A DNA stretch of 61,422 nucleotides, counting the filler, from Sphacelaria rigidula (Eukaryota): the NCBI GenBank assembly GCA_964200075.2. It is 8 parts of 8 records of this genome, joined end to end, with 100 filler letters (N's around TTAATTAATTAA, not from the genome) between each part and the next. Parts side by side here need not be neighbours in the genome. Positions count along the whole stretch, not along the records: positions 30,765 to 38,354 come from CAXNAA020014195.1; positions 38,455 to 46,044 come from CAXNAA020014196.1; positions 46,145 to 53,733 come from CAXNAA020014197.1; 5 more parts are not named here. One strand, given 5' to 3'. Positions 36,201-49,160 of the stretch are shown here, piece by piece; the first letter of the stretch is position 1; every line of letters starts with the position of its first letter. Made by a program: the position numbers and the translations under genes. The notes beneath the pieces were generated by a model. That model did no database searches. It worked only from the letters and a program-made list of their open reading frames with translations, and was not told the origin of the DNA.

Positions 36201-38538
36201 GTATATTCTCTCTCGCTCTTCGTCCTGTTACAGTAGAAGTATTGGGATGGAAAGAGGTCTCCAGCCCCAGGCTGGCGCCCCCACCAGGTTGAGAGGACCC
36301 CTTGTGCTCGCGAGGAAGCGTCAAGCTCCCTGGCGAGACAAGGCTCAACTCACGCTCCCTGCTCTGCTATCTGCCGGGTGGGCGGGATGGCCAAAATCCT
36401 ACCCTTTCTTGCACCCTTCTAGGGCTGTATTTTCTTGCTACTCAGTACTTACAGCGGATTGATTATATGCAGTGTTACGCCGGGGATTAGTGTCACGTTT
36501 TTCACCACCACCCCAAAAATGAAGACGCGACGGGATCAAAGAAGTTTACAGACGGTTATATCACCACAAAAATAACATAAAGTTGTAGTATATATCTCAA
36601 GCTACCTTCTCATTGCAGTCTGGCTCAATTTCACCGAGTACAGCTCACAAACCAGGGATGGATACCCCTAAAAAAAGTTGCAACTATTTGTAAAAGCAAA
36701 AACGTCATTTTCCAACATGCCCGTCCTTCACGCGACGACAGAAGATCACTCACTACTGATGAACGTCACCAAGCCGAAACTTCTCAGGCAGGTACAACTA
36801 AAGACTAGTCGTTGTTAAAGTTCTAGAAGGCCCCAATTGCGTATCGGAACAGTGCAATATATTATGTAGTAGATAATCTTCACTCTACACCTATACTTCT
36901 AATTTTGCGACGAGAGTGCTGGCCGCCAGAGAGCAGGGGACTGGTAGGTACTCGCTTTCCTACACAGAGCAATTTGATTTGTGTCGATAGCTGCCGTGTG
37001 CGTCGAGATGTTGCCATGTCGGTGAGGGGTGTTACAACATGTGAGGTGCGGGGTAAAAACCCATCGGGTCGTGCGAAGATCTTATCCAAATCGAGCAGGT
37101 AGTTATTGCGCCGCGTGTTTGTAGCGTAGGGAATATCTTCTCCCGCATCCATACACGCAACAATCGACATCGCCCGCCAGTAGGAAAGACGTTACAAACA
37201 AGTGCCTGCCGTTGTCGCTGGGGCGGTGCATGAAGCGTGCTTCCGGGATCGCCGCGCATGGTATAACGCACACCCACGTTCTGCCGATTCCTCATGTCTT
37301 CAGCGAGACTGTAAGCTGTCGGAAATAAGTGGATGATACCGCGGAAACGGCGCCAGTGTTTGCTTCGAAGCATTGCCAGTCACATCCACTGTCTGGTGTG
37401 GTGCCGGCGGAAGTTTGGTGGGAAACATATTCAGGGTTAAGGGATGAAAAACATGATCCGATGTTCCTCCAGCTTTCAGCTCTTTGAACAGATGATCCTC
37501 GACGTGGAGGATAGGAGTCGGGTGTTTCGTTTTGATCTCCTGCGTCCCCCCACCCCCCCGAAAAAAAATCACCTAGGACCAAGGGTATGTCAAAAAACTA
37601 TTTCTGGACACGTGGGCCCCAAGATCGAAAAATCGAGTTTTTGAGGGGAGGGCGGGAGCACCCAGCTTGCTGTCCCCTACTTTATTACCGAGGCGTTGGC
37701 GGGTGCGGTCAGCTACCGTCTACAGAGATCCTTGGCATGAAGACCCATGAGATGGCGGACACGCACCCCCCCCCAAGCTCATCACTTACCATAATTACGT
37801 TTATGGGCTCACGTTCCGGGTCGTGGGCTTCGAGCACCTACCAGTAGTCCGGGCAAGTTTGGCGAGGTGTGAGAAAAAAATGATACTTTGGCTGCAGGCT
37901 ATCGCTACCGTGCGCTCGTATGCATCCGTGTGTATGAGGGTGGCCGGCATCCGCGTTCATGGAGACAGTAGAGCGGGCAAGGAGCAAAAACGAACATATG
38001 AACCTCGCAAAGCCCACCAAACTTTTCGGTTTTTGTCAGTGTTTCTTGATAAACTTCTTCAAAAACATCAACAAAACCAATGAAAACAAATTATGACAAT
38101 TTTCGAAAAGTTGCCCTCCAAGAGGGGGGGCTCCGTGTACGAAAATCTTCTCCCGAGAGACAATTGGTAGGATCCCAAAATTTCCGTTCTCGGACTCCAA
38201 CGTTGTATGGCGTGCAGTAGTTGTCAACAGCGTGAACGCAGCCATATTTTGAGAAATCCGTGAGGGTACCTGTATGAATATTTTAAGGGCAATGGCCTAG
38301 AAAAGGTATACCTTCTCGTTTTTTGCCTAGGAAAGGTACGAAAAATGGCCAGAANNNNNNNNNNNNNNNNNNNNNNNNNNNNNNNNNNNNNNNNNNNNTT
38401 AATTAATTAANNNNNNNNNNNNNNNNNNNNNNNNNNNNNNNNNNNNNNNNNNNNATGGGTTGATCCCTTGAGACCACGGACCCATCCCGAGGAAGGGGAG
38501 GGATTCAAAGTGTGAGGATATATATCGCGGCGGAATTA

Positions 38539-40300
38539 CTTATGGCAATTTTGACACGCACAGTCAAGAGTGCACTGGGAATGCTGCGAGACGGCATCAA
38601 GGTCGTCAGCAGCTCCATCATGGGAGAGGACCTCCGAGCCGATTGTCACATATAACGAGCACAGGTACAAGTATCGTAGCCGGACCGGGCTGCAGCGCTT
38701 TTCCTCGACAAAATCCCGATGGTGATCGTGTTTATCCACAGTTTTTGTTTTGCTAGATAATGGGGAGGAAACTGATCGTGTGGGCATTCGAGCTCATGGC
38801 CTGTGTAAATGGAGGCTCCTCTATCAGTTGTACCACCGGGGCGCAGCGGTGTCACATCAGAAATTGCACGCGCGGCCCGATATTTCAAGTTTTTAGCCGA
38901 AATTTCACCAGAATCTTCTGTGCGCAAGTAGGAGGTTCGTGGTGCGGGATGCCGCCGTTATTTTTTTTCTTCCATGGAGTTATGGAATTTTCTACTTTTT
39001 TTTTGCTGAAATTTCGAATCGCCCTACATTTCTCTTCTTCTTTCCTTCTTTGTATCCGGCACCATGTTTCACGTGTTGATGATGAAAATGCCATGTCAAA
39101 ATCTCAGCCCCTAACCACTCAAATTTAGCTCCGCGTCACCCGAAATATATGTATGGTGGCTGGCCCAGCTTCAAGACCAAATCGTCATGAAACTGTCTCT
39201 GATCTCGACGAACGGTGGTCGTTTCGACGTGTGGAACAGGGAAGGTCAACCGATTCCCAAGGGAGTCCAATCACGGCCGCGTCTCAATCCGCCACCAGCC
39301 AGGGATGGATGCCAAAAACAAATAACCCTCCACCCCGCCATCCACTCCCCGGTGCCGGGCCGAGAAAATATTTGTTCCGACAACCTCCTTTTCGTTGGTG
39401 TCGAGACTTTTCTAGGGCTCGGAAAATTGAAAACATTGATTTGAGCATGTTTATGTTCTGGTGCTAGTTGGCATTTTGATATCCTGTTCAGTGTTACGCC
39501 GCTCCACCCTCGATTCGTACGGGTGAAGACGAAGGGGGGGGGCGCGTCCCCGCCCAGTTGGATGAAATTGGTAGACTTTGTTTACAATATATTGAGCTTG
39601 CCCTCCTCGTTAAAAACTCACGTGGTGACATGCACGCGCGGAAATCGACTACGAGCTGGGGCAGCCGAAATCTATGTTTTTCGGGTGATACGTGACGTGC
39701 GGCTTAATTTGAAGAGCTGCGCGCTGAAATTTTGACACAGAATTTTTCTCAACACGCGAAATATTCTCGGTGATACGACGAAAAAAAACCGGCAAGTTAT
39801 ACTGTAGCGATTTGAAATTCAAGCAAAAACTGGAAGAAGTCATACCTGCATTAAAGAACACACAAAACAGCCGCATCCCGCAACACGATTATTTTACTCG
39901 TGCAGACAAAATCCTGGTGATTTTCGGCTAAAAACTCGTGAAATTGGGCCCCGCGTGGAATTTCTGATGTGACACTGCTGCGCCCCGGTGGCACAACTGT
40001 GAGCGGAGCCCCAATTTACCCAGGTCACGAGCTCGAATGCCGAAACGACTATTTCACCCCCCCATATTCTGGCAGTTTCCCCCCCCCCCCCAACTGTGAG
40101 GAAAAACGACCACCATCGGGGATTGGATCGAGGAAAAGTGCTGCAGCCCAGTCCGACTTGGACGCTTGTGTCTGTGCTCGTTATATGTAACAATCAGCTC
40201 GGCGGTCCTCTCCCATGCTATAGCTGCTGACGACCTTGATGCCGTCTCGAAGCATTCCCAGTCCACTCTTGACTTCTGTGCGTCTCACAATTGTCATTGG
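38539..40300. mobile_element. TA-flanked non-autonomous element with ~390-bp TIRs
   Basis: 38539-~38927 is the diverged reverse complement of ~39897-40300. TA on both sides. No transposase-like ORF inside. Confidence 0.8.
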
Positions 40301-41562
40301 TACTTTCTCCGTGTTTTTTTTTCTTCACCTAAAACAATGCCATCGTACCACGATATGAGAGGTCCCCAGCACTTAATGCAGTACAATAACGTGATCGCCA
40401 AAACTGCGCCAATCGAGCAGCGGCGGAGCCGTGCATTACCAGGTTGGTCTGCAGTTCACGGCGATATGCTTAAATCGGGCTGATGCGGGAAACTAAATAA
40501 GCTGTGGTGTGCAAAAGGATTTTACGTTTCGCGACTGGCCCACCCACCTCGTGAGGATTTCCCGACTTAATTTGAAACGGGAATGTCTTGACCCACGTTC
40601 CTGTGTAACTCCTAGCTTTCGGGGGACCTGAATTATGAAGATCTCGGTCCACATGTGCAACCCGTACCGGAGTATGGCTTAGTCTGATACATACTCGCCA
40701 CTTTTCGACCGATCGTGTGTGATATTTTCCTTCTTGGTTTGCTCCTCATTTTTCTCATTCGACCCCATGGTCAACGAGGGAAAAGAACTGCCGAACCCTT
40801 CTCGCGATACAGAGGAAGGCAAGTATTGCATAAGGAAGGTGGAGTACTTGGGAAAAAGAAGAAAACACTTTCATAACAAGGTTTTCGTGAGATTGAGAAT
40901 ATAGCATTCGATTGCAAGTCGACTGTTTAGCCCTTTGTGAAATCGACATCATCTTCACTTGAAAAGTTACTGCGTGGCCCTGAACGCTAGCCCTGGTGAT
41001 CAGAGAGTCAAGATGTCGACGAGTTGATCGTTGGATGTATATGCCGAAAGCAAATAAACGCCGACATACGATAATTTGGAATCGCGACGAGTCAAGACGC
41101 TACAATCGTCTTCAAGGTACTAATTATTGAGGAAACATGCTTGGAATGCATGACATCATGTCCGACTTGTAATCATAAGCTGCCCAACGTACTGCGGCGC
41201 ATTGATGAGAGACATGTTTCGATGGTTTGATACGCTCATTCCCCTTCTTTGTCCTCTTAGTTTAACAAAACAGTTCGCTCCCAACTGTTGATCGTCAGTG
41301 CTTCGTCCATAAATGGAACACACGAGAGCAACCGTCTTTCGGTTAAAAAGCTGCCTCTCAGTCGTAAGCTAGACTCTCAGTGTCACGAACATCTTGTTCT
41401 ATGTTGACCCTCCTATGCGACCCCGGCTGATGCGCCCACATCTACCGGAAGGTGTAGACTGGGTTCCAGAATATATGAGATGGCAACACACACGCGCGCG
41501 CGCATCCTTTTCATCGCGAATCCAACGAAGCCGCGATATTTCTCCCTCCTTTATTGCCGCAG

Positions 41563-41850
41563 ATACAAGAACTTGACGCGGAACTGAAGCAAAAGTATGC
41601 CGACACTGCGCCCGACTTGGTCTCTCTGAGCGAGGCTGTTCACGTGCCGGACATCGTGCACTCCACGGTCATGCGGCACGCCGGCCCCCCGGCCGATGCT
41701 CAGGGGCTAGCACAGGGATTGGTTGAGCTCAACGCCAAGTGGAAGTCGGTTACCGTCAATGTCAAGGAGATTAGCCTTGCCTTCGAGGAGCATCCATACA
41801 TGCATGTCAGCCGGGCGGACGCGGAGATGCACACGTTTCCTCTGCCGTAG
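41563..41850 (+). CDS. Terminal exon of a probable 2H-phosphoesterase superfamily protein
   Basis: Polypyrimidine tract and GCCGCAG| acceptor. 95 aa plus stop, with an Hx(S/T)-type motif (PDIVHSTVMR) and a terminal ...HTFPLP*, resembling the second lobe of the 2H fold. Confidence 0.6.
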   Translation: MQELDAELKQKYADTAPDLVSLSEAVHVPDIVHSTVMRHAGPPADAQGLAQGLVELNAKWKSVTVNVKEISLAFEEHPYMHVSRADAEMHTFPLP

Positions 41851-43009
41851 CTTGTAGTGCGAGGATTTACCCTTCCAAGAACCGCGTGTCCTTGAAGCAT
41901 TACATGAAGCTGGGTTTGCCCAGGGGCACCAGCAACTTGAAAGTGACTAGTGTTGCAACTCCCCGCGGAGTGCTCATCACTAGAACATCATGACAGTCCT
42001 CGCAACGAAAGATGCACTTGCACGCAATTGGCCTGGTGTGAGTGGATGAGGTCCTCAACCGTACAAAATCGTCGGATTTATAACATTGTCTTTGACATAT
42101 TTTTCATGGATATCGGCCATCATGATCAACGTTGGCCGTGAAGTCAGTAGAGTCTGCGCGAGTTGGTCGCCAAATTCTTATGGCTGAAAAATACTTGGTT
42201 TCAGTGTGGATAAGGGATAGTACTTGTACGTTAGCGTTATTTCTTTTGTTGCGTCCATTTTCCCTTTCTCTCTTCCTGTTGATTTTTTTCGTGTTTCCCC
42301 TTCTTCGCCCTTGTCTTTTATATGTGTACATGTGATGTTTGCCGCTTTTTCAGATACTCGGTTCTCTCAATTTCTCCCCGTTTTCTCGCTTTTCTCGAGC
42401 TTTCTTCAGCAAGTGTTTCGGTCTTCGTTTACCGTGGGTGCCGCATGTATATCTTGCCTCCAGGGCTGGGTTCCTAGAGGGTCAGTTAGTGTGCGATAGT
42501 CAGCTAACCAATCGATCATATTCGGATCGTTTCACACCCTGGACAATGTGTGTCTAACAAAAAAAAGTGTACTCGTACTGCGTAAACTGTAGGCCAACAG
42601 TAGTTGCATTAGGCCCATACTTCATTCAGTACAACCTTCCCCTTTGCAACTTTTGACGAACGCACGGTGTTCAGGGTGAGGATCGTTTGCGGGTTGACAG
42701 TCAAAATTGCTCGCCAGTGAGCGTAGGACGTATTTTGCTCATGTAGGGGCCGATTTGAGTAGCCCACGTACTCTTCGCTTAGGGCGCCCACTCCCTGTAA
42801 CCCCCTTGCCCGAGGGGTTCTCGGTTTGCCTTGAGTTGCGGTCGAGAGTTGGGGTTCAACAAGCATTTATCAATCATGGAATTTGGCGATCAGCTTGCGT
42901 AAACGTAGCTTCTCAAGATACTGACGCCAAGCCTTCTATCAGGCTCAAATTTCATGAGGACGCTCTGGACCTTGACACGTCGAGCGAGGTTATATAATAG
43001 TCGTGTTCA

Positions 43010-45066
43010 GTCAAGTCTGTTGACTAATGATCCAGGAAAAAATAGGGGACGGACTGACTCAAGTCATACCGCCCGTTTCATTGCCCAAAAAAATGAGAAA
43101 CGAGTCCAACTCCGGCCATGCAATTCTTTCCTAGCATTGACGGACGAGTCGGACTCGAGTGACCACAACTAACCCAGAAAAGGGGTAACGAGCGTATGCG
43201 AGTCATGTGACTGGTTTGGAAAAGCGGCGACTGATCGAATGACTCGTTTCATGTGACCAAATTCGAAAAGTTTCCAAGAATTGAATCGACGACTCCTCCA
43301 CCGCACGACCAAGACCCACACATGTTCAACGCCTTCGGCCTGCAATAGAGATCCATGTTCTTGCGTGCGTCAAGTGGATGGCAGCTGAACCAAATGACGA
43401 AATTACACGGTCGATATCAATCATGAGCAGCAACGCGCCACCTTGTATCTTGGATTTATACGCGACAACGAGGCTCCAAAAATCCCCAAACGCATCGAGG
43501 GCTGAGTAGGGTACACCATCAGCGGTGAGTGTGGCGAGTTTCCAACTTCCTTTGAGTGCCCAGGATTTTTTTTGGCTATTGCACTCTGCTGGAAAGCGAA
43601 GCTCGTGTCGGATACTACCTCCTGGCACAAAAAAAAAATCCTCTGCTGGGTTCACGTATTAAGAGGGAAAATAGACACATTCAACGAGTCGCCATGACCC
43701 ATGATGATTCATGTCCGAAGAGTCAAGAAAAAATAAGTAGTCAGGCCAACTCTAATGCGAGCCGTTCACGATTCCTGTTGAAAACTGTTTTTTGGACCCT
43801 TCCATGTCGATTCACGCCCGAAGAGCGCTGAGCGGATGTCGACGCCTTGGAATCACTTGCTCTACTCGCTGGGACCGTTCCAGGGCAACTTTGCATTTCC
43901 CGCTGGCCGCAGTTTTGTCCAGACCAAACACACGTTTTCAACAAAAAACGATCATGCGAGATCCAAATACTGGCAGTTTTCCCCCTGTTTTCCATCACTT
44001 GACCGTCCTTTATTGAAAATGCGTCTTTGGCCGAAAATAAAACCGCGGCCAACGCGAAATGCAAAGTTGCCCTGGAACGGTCTCAGCGAGTAGAGCAAGT
44101 CATTACAAGGTGTCAACATCCACCCAGCCCTCTTTTCAGGCGTAAAACAACGGAGGAGAGCACAAAAAGCAACATTGCGCTTTGAACGCTCCCATTAGAG
44201 CTGGTCTCAGGCAGAAATCTCACTACTGATTTCGAAAAACAAGGATGAGACAGACAAAGAGTTCCACAAACTATTGGAAAAAATAAGGAGTCAGACTCGA
44301 GTCCTACGAGTTCTCATCTTCTCCTATGACCCGTGTGACTTCATGCCGGAGGATTTAGAAACAGGAGCACTAGAGTCGTCTGAATCATTCAGAAAACATG
44401 ACTCGAGTCGGACTCGAGTCATGCGAATCGAATCACCATTAAGTCTTACGAGCCATTCAAAAAAATTGATGGGTCTGACGCTGGTTGTACAAGTCGTGGG
44501 GAAAGATAGCACGAGTCTGGATCGAGTTTTCAGGGGTTTCAAGAACGAACACTACGGACGCGTAAGGCCCGTTTGCGCTGTAGAGTGTGGTTGCCAAGAA
44601 GCAACCTTGAGTTTTGGTCGTATATCTATGGTTGATTTTTTCGAATATACTAACAAAACCGCTGACCCTAACCCTAACCCCTACCCAAGGCGTACGAGTA
44701 CCTTAGGCGAGGGGGGTGCACAGGTTTCCCTCGGCGACGTGTGCGTTGACAAGAACATGAGTCATGCGCATCAACCAGAAAAAAAAAAGACGAGTTCGAC
44801 ACGAGCCCTACGCATCATTCCGACGAAAGGAGTCGCGCGTGACCGCTTGACCGCCGGGATGGCTCATCTGGGTCTGGCACTTCTTGTTCCAAGTAAAACA
44901 GATGCCGATACAACGAGTGACCCCACCCTTGGCGATGGCAAATACGCCAGTTCTACTCGTATTTTACGAGTCATTCATCACGGAGAGGATGAGTCGGAGT
45001 CAAGTCCTGGGGGTTACTCGTGACTTCATCAAGTGCGAGTCACACGAGTCACACGGGGACTCCTTG
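43010..45066. repeat. GACTC/GAGTC-motif-rich region, probably a decayed non-autonomous DNA element with nested insertions
   Basis: Dense GACTC/GAGTC motifs at ~43010-43300, 43680-43740, 44285-44530 and 44755-45066. Right end ...GGACTCCTTG resembles the CAAGG hAT terminus. No TSD found. Confidence 0.45.
43744..44206. mobile_element. PIF/Harbinger (Tourist-like) fold-back MITE (463 bp)
   Basis: TCA|GGCCAACTCTAATG...CATTAGAGCTGGTC|TCA. Arms of about 210 bp include the near-perfect core ACTTGCTCTACTCGCTG.GACCGTTCCAGGGCAACTTTGCATTTC. Confidence 0.82.
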
Positions 45067-45769
45067 AATTTGTAGGGAAATGCAACCTAGTCGCAATGGT
45101 GCATATTCTGGACAATGGACACAATAATAGTCAATTGCTTCAGCAATAGACACGGGGAAAAATCTATCGACATATATTATCGAGCACGATAGATGGTCAA
45201 ACACATATATTGATATGTATTGCAAGGGACAATAGATGTTGCAATAGCCGATCGATAGCCTATGGCAATTACAATAGATGTGTATCACTCGCCATCGATG
45301 GACATCGTGTACCGCAATACATTCTGGGTTGTATATATCGATAGCCATTGCCGTTATCAAGATATTTGGTGAGATATCCATCGATAGTCATTGCCGTCCT
45401 TGTAGATAAGGTGGGCCATCTATCAATATACCTAATACCGCCGTCAATAGATTTAGTTAGTCGTCTATCGGTAGCCTCTGCCGCCAACAATGCATTCTTT
45501 GGTAACTACCAATATGGGCATTGCCGTCAACAATCGATTGTTCTCGGAAGCGCCTATCGATAGCCAGTGACGCCAAGGATAGGATATATAAAAAAGATTG
45601 CTTGCTGCAGTGGTCTCATGTCATCAATGGCAATACCCCTTACACATGAATACGCAACGACCTGAGGCGATAGCTGGCCATAGCTCTTGTGGAATAAGGT
45701 GGAAACATACAGCGAAATATATGCATACATGGCGCTAGTGATCAACGCCATTCAGCTACTTTTGTGGTC

Positions 45770-46044
45770 AGCAATAGATATTAGTGGCCGCGATTCAGAT
45801 TACATTGTGACCAGCGGTAGACATTGGTGACCGAGTTCCAGATTCTATTGTGACCCTTAATAGACATTGGTGGGCTCAATTGGTATCCTATTATGACCAA
45901 CGATATGTGTTGCTGGCCGCGTGGCAGATCCTAGTGTGATGAGCAAAATACATTGATGGCCACGATTCAGAGCCTATTGCAACAAATAAAATGTATCGGT
46001 AGACAACTTGGCCTCTCCATTGTCACGGCAATGATACATTCTGT
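45770..46044. repeat. Diverged 43-bp tandem repeat (~6 copies) after an ATCGAT/CAATAG-rich tract (45090-45770)
   Basis: Unit such as AGCGGTAGACATTGGTGACCGAGTTCCAGATTCTATTGTGACC, running to the contig end. Confidence 0.6.
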
Positions 46045-46233
46045 NNNNNNNNNNNNNNNNNNNNNNNNNNNNNNNNNNNNNNNNNNNNTTAATTAATTAA
46101 NNNNNNNNNNNNNNNNNNNNNNNNNNNNNNNNNNNNNNNNNNNNCCCCCCCCACCCCCCGCTACCGCAATGGTCAAATGACTAAGGCAAGCAACAAATGA
46201 GTACGCCCCCCCGCTATCGTAGGATGACTCCTA

Positions 46234-47012
46234 CCTTACCAGGGCCACCAGTCGGCCCAGAGAGTACGTGTCCTGGGCCATCGCTTGCCACACTGTACCT
46301 TATGCGACACACTGCGAACAAGGGAATCTACGCGCCAATTCCAACCATGGCGCCCACACATTCGGCTCTTTTCCCGCCCAATTGCCGTTCACGAACGCCA
46401 CAACGATCACATACTACTAACCCTAACGCCACAACCATTCACCATTAACCCTTCTGGGACCGGACTCCCCACAATGGTATGCTTGTGACACTTTTTTTTT
46501 CGCTTTTCCCCTGTAATCGTGTGTTGATGGCAGAGGTCCATTATTGTTGTTTTCGAGTCAAAATGGTGCTGATTCTCACACACTTGATGAATTGGCATCA
46601 TTTTGACTTGACTTGAAAACACCACAAATGGATACCTTCCACCAACACACGATTGTGGGGGGAAAGGGGTCCCGAAAGGGTTTAATATGGAACATGGTAT
46701 CAGCCCCAGACCGCAACGGCACAATGCTACACACAACACTCCGCAAGCGCACAAGACCGATGCGTTGTGAGTTGTGAGTCCAGTTCTTGTGTCGATGCGG
46801 AGAGACTCGGGAACCATTTCCGGGGAGAAAGGGGTGTGGTCGTTGCGGCGTTCGTGAACGGCAATTGGGCGGGAAAAGAGCCGAATGTGTGGGCGCCATG
46901 GTTGAAATTGGCGCGTAGATTCCCTTGTTCGCAGTGTGTCGCATCAGGTACAGTGTGGCAAGCGATGGCCCAGGACACGTACTCTCTGTGCTGACTGGTG
47001 GCCCTGGTGAGG
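46234..47012. mobile_element. TA-flanked long-TIR MITE (779 bp)
   Basis: TA|CCTTACCAGGGCCACCAGTC...GACTGGTGGCCCTGGTGAGG|TA. Arms ~46234-46410 and ~46836-47012 are highly similar. Confidence 0.85.
46449..46680. mobile_element. piggyBac-like MITE nested in the preceding element
   Basis: TTAA|CCCTTCTGGGACC...GGTCCCGAAAGGG|TTTAA. Shares the GTCAAAATG.TGC.GATTC core with 3311-3429. Confidence 0.65.
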
Positions 47013-47467
47013 TACGTTTGGAAAAAAATCCCTACATCAGGTGTACCTGGCCGAAATTTGGCCAAGAAAAGGGAAGTGGTTTCTCGACGCGAAACTCCCT
47101 TGTGTGCATAGCCATATCTCGCGAGCAACAGGCTTTCTTCTGCTTTTTTTTTAGGCCCGGGTGCCGAGGAGCCCCCCGATTGCTGTGCGTGAAATTTCGG
47201 AGCGAAATCGGTCTAGATTGTATGTGTGTGTTTCTTCTGTTTTCGCGCTTCTGTTCATTTTAACTCGTAGGACTTGTTTAAGCAAAATACGAGAAGGTAT
47301 ACCTTTTCTAGGCTGTTGTCTTTTGGGTATTTCATCTCCGTTCGACGTAATTTCAATGTTGCCGTCCTCTACTCTCTCCATCTCATTGCATTCCAGCCCA
47401 TTCAGCTTCATGACACTTCATCGCGCCCCTCCATAATATGAATACCTTACGTCCCTCTGTAACGTAC

Positions 47468-47830
47468 CTCCCTGAGAATTCCTCGGTGCGGAACCGGCAT
47501 CTCCAGCATTTGCTTCATTTTTCCGATCACCGCCTGGCCTTTCTCAAACTGACGCCGGTCCAGCGGTCGACACGGTCCCAGCGCCCCTCTCTTAAGGCCC
47601 TTCGGTAGCACCGACACAGCGGTCGACGAGGCAGACGGCGAGGAAGACTGTGCAAGCAAAGCGCTCTCTCCTGTCGCCCCGGTCGCCAGCGCTGGCACTA
47701 CTGCTCCCGCCACCCCGGCGGCGGCGGCGGCCTGCGACAGTGCTGTAGACGAGAACTCCTGCCCTCCCATGGTTGATGCGGGCATCGGACGCGGCTTCTG
47801 GTCTGGGCGGAGCGTGATGTGTTGATTTTT
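47468..47830 (-). CDS. Multi-BRK-domain protein, fourth exon seen
   Basis: CCTCAG| acceptor in phase 0 gives KNQHITLRPDQ..., completing a BRK-like motif. 121 codons, donor GAG|GTACGT. Confidence 0.75.
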
Positions 47831-48236
47831 CTGAGGTATGATCATGTCGACACGAGTTTCCGTTCGGTTCCACGCCACGTAGTGCAGAGGGGAGGCGTTT
47901 GCGGGGAGAGGGAAGGGGGCTGAGAGACGGGGGGGAGGAGTCATGCGTTGGCGACTAACAGCGAAGTCACAGGTTTCGAGGGCGTATGAGCAGGGTTAGT
48001 CGCACACGTCGCATGCGGCGACGTGCTCTCGCAACACACGACAACAATATCACTGGGGGGTTTGGTTGACCCCGTGCGCGGCCAAGAGAGACAGGAACAA
48101 GATACAAACCCTTCGAAGTGATGAAATACAGTTCCATCGGAAACCGAATGAAGGAAGTGAACTCAAGACACGATGACGGAACAAACACAAGGTAGAGGAA
48201 GAAATGCCACGCATCAATTTTTTATTTTGAACTCAC

Positions 48237-48359
48237 CCTCAGAAATTTGCCAAGGTTCTTTCGAGCGGGTGCCCGCTGGCCGTTCTTCCACTTTCCGGTG
48301 ATATGGTTGAAGACGGAAACGTGGTCCGAAGGGCTACCTTCCGCCATTACACGTGCTAA
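48237..48359 (-). CDS. Multi-BRK-domain protein, third exon seen
   Basis: CCCCAG| acceptor, 41 codons LARVMAEGSPSDHVSVFNHITGKWKNGQRAPARKNLGKFLR, |GTGAGT donor. Confidence 0.82.
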
Positions 48360-48831
48360 CTGGGGCGTTTTTTTTTTCAACAGCAGAAGGGGGACAGCGT
48401 GCGACAGCAAGAGCTATGGACAGTGCAGATTTACATGTACGCAGGGCGAATTAGATTGTAGGCGAACAAGCACATCATAATCCCTCCCTCGGCTCTCTCC
48501 GTCTTGTTCCCACCAAACAGACTTCTCTCGCCCACAAAATAGGTTGTGGTCAGTAACCCTGAAATAAAAGATGATTCGACGTCTGACCATATCGGAACGA
48601 CACGAGATCCGAATTCATATCTTCATGTTCGGGTCACTAATTGCCTATACTCTTACGCCGTGAACATTGCAAAGCATCTTGAACGTTTACTCGCTATGTT
48701 GAATGTTTTCACGCCTCCGCCTCCGCCAGCGCCACCCGTCCCCCGCCGCCCCCTCACCAATGCCAACCGCCAAAACCTTCCCCCCCCCAAAGCAAAAGCA
48801 CATCTCGCTCCGCACAGAATCCCGTTCTTAC

Positions 48832-49119
48832 CTCCTCTTCGTTAACGTAAGGAATCACGGGAATATCCTGCTCTCGTTTCTTCCCTCTCGCGGAGGCGCC
48901 GCTTGCCACGCAATTGCTTCCCCTCGGACCTTGACCACCCGGACCTTCGCCTATAACGCCACCACCCCGACCGCCCGGGACGGGGGAGAGTCCCACCGAT
49001 CCAGTATATTCCCACGCGGCGTCCATATCCATGCCGTCCTCTGATGTTGTCGCTGCCGCCGCCGTTGGCGCTGCGGGCGCCAAGGGTACGAGCGCTCGCG
49101 CGCGGGAGGATCCGACATT

Positions 49120-49160
<41 letters not shown>

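Noticed and set aside
36880..37580. Chain of minus-strand ORFs that might be a decayed transposase
   Set aside because: I recognise no motif in them; a profile search would be needed.
44274..45023. 249-aa plus-strand ORF
   Set aside because: It runs through GACTC-rich repeat and a telomere-like tract, with no domain signal.
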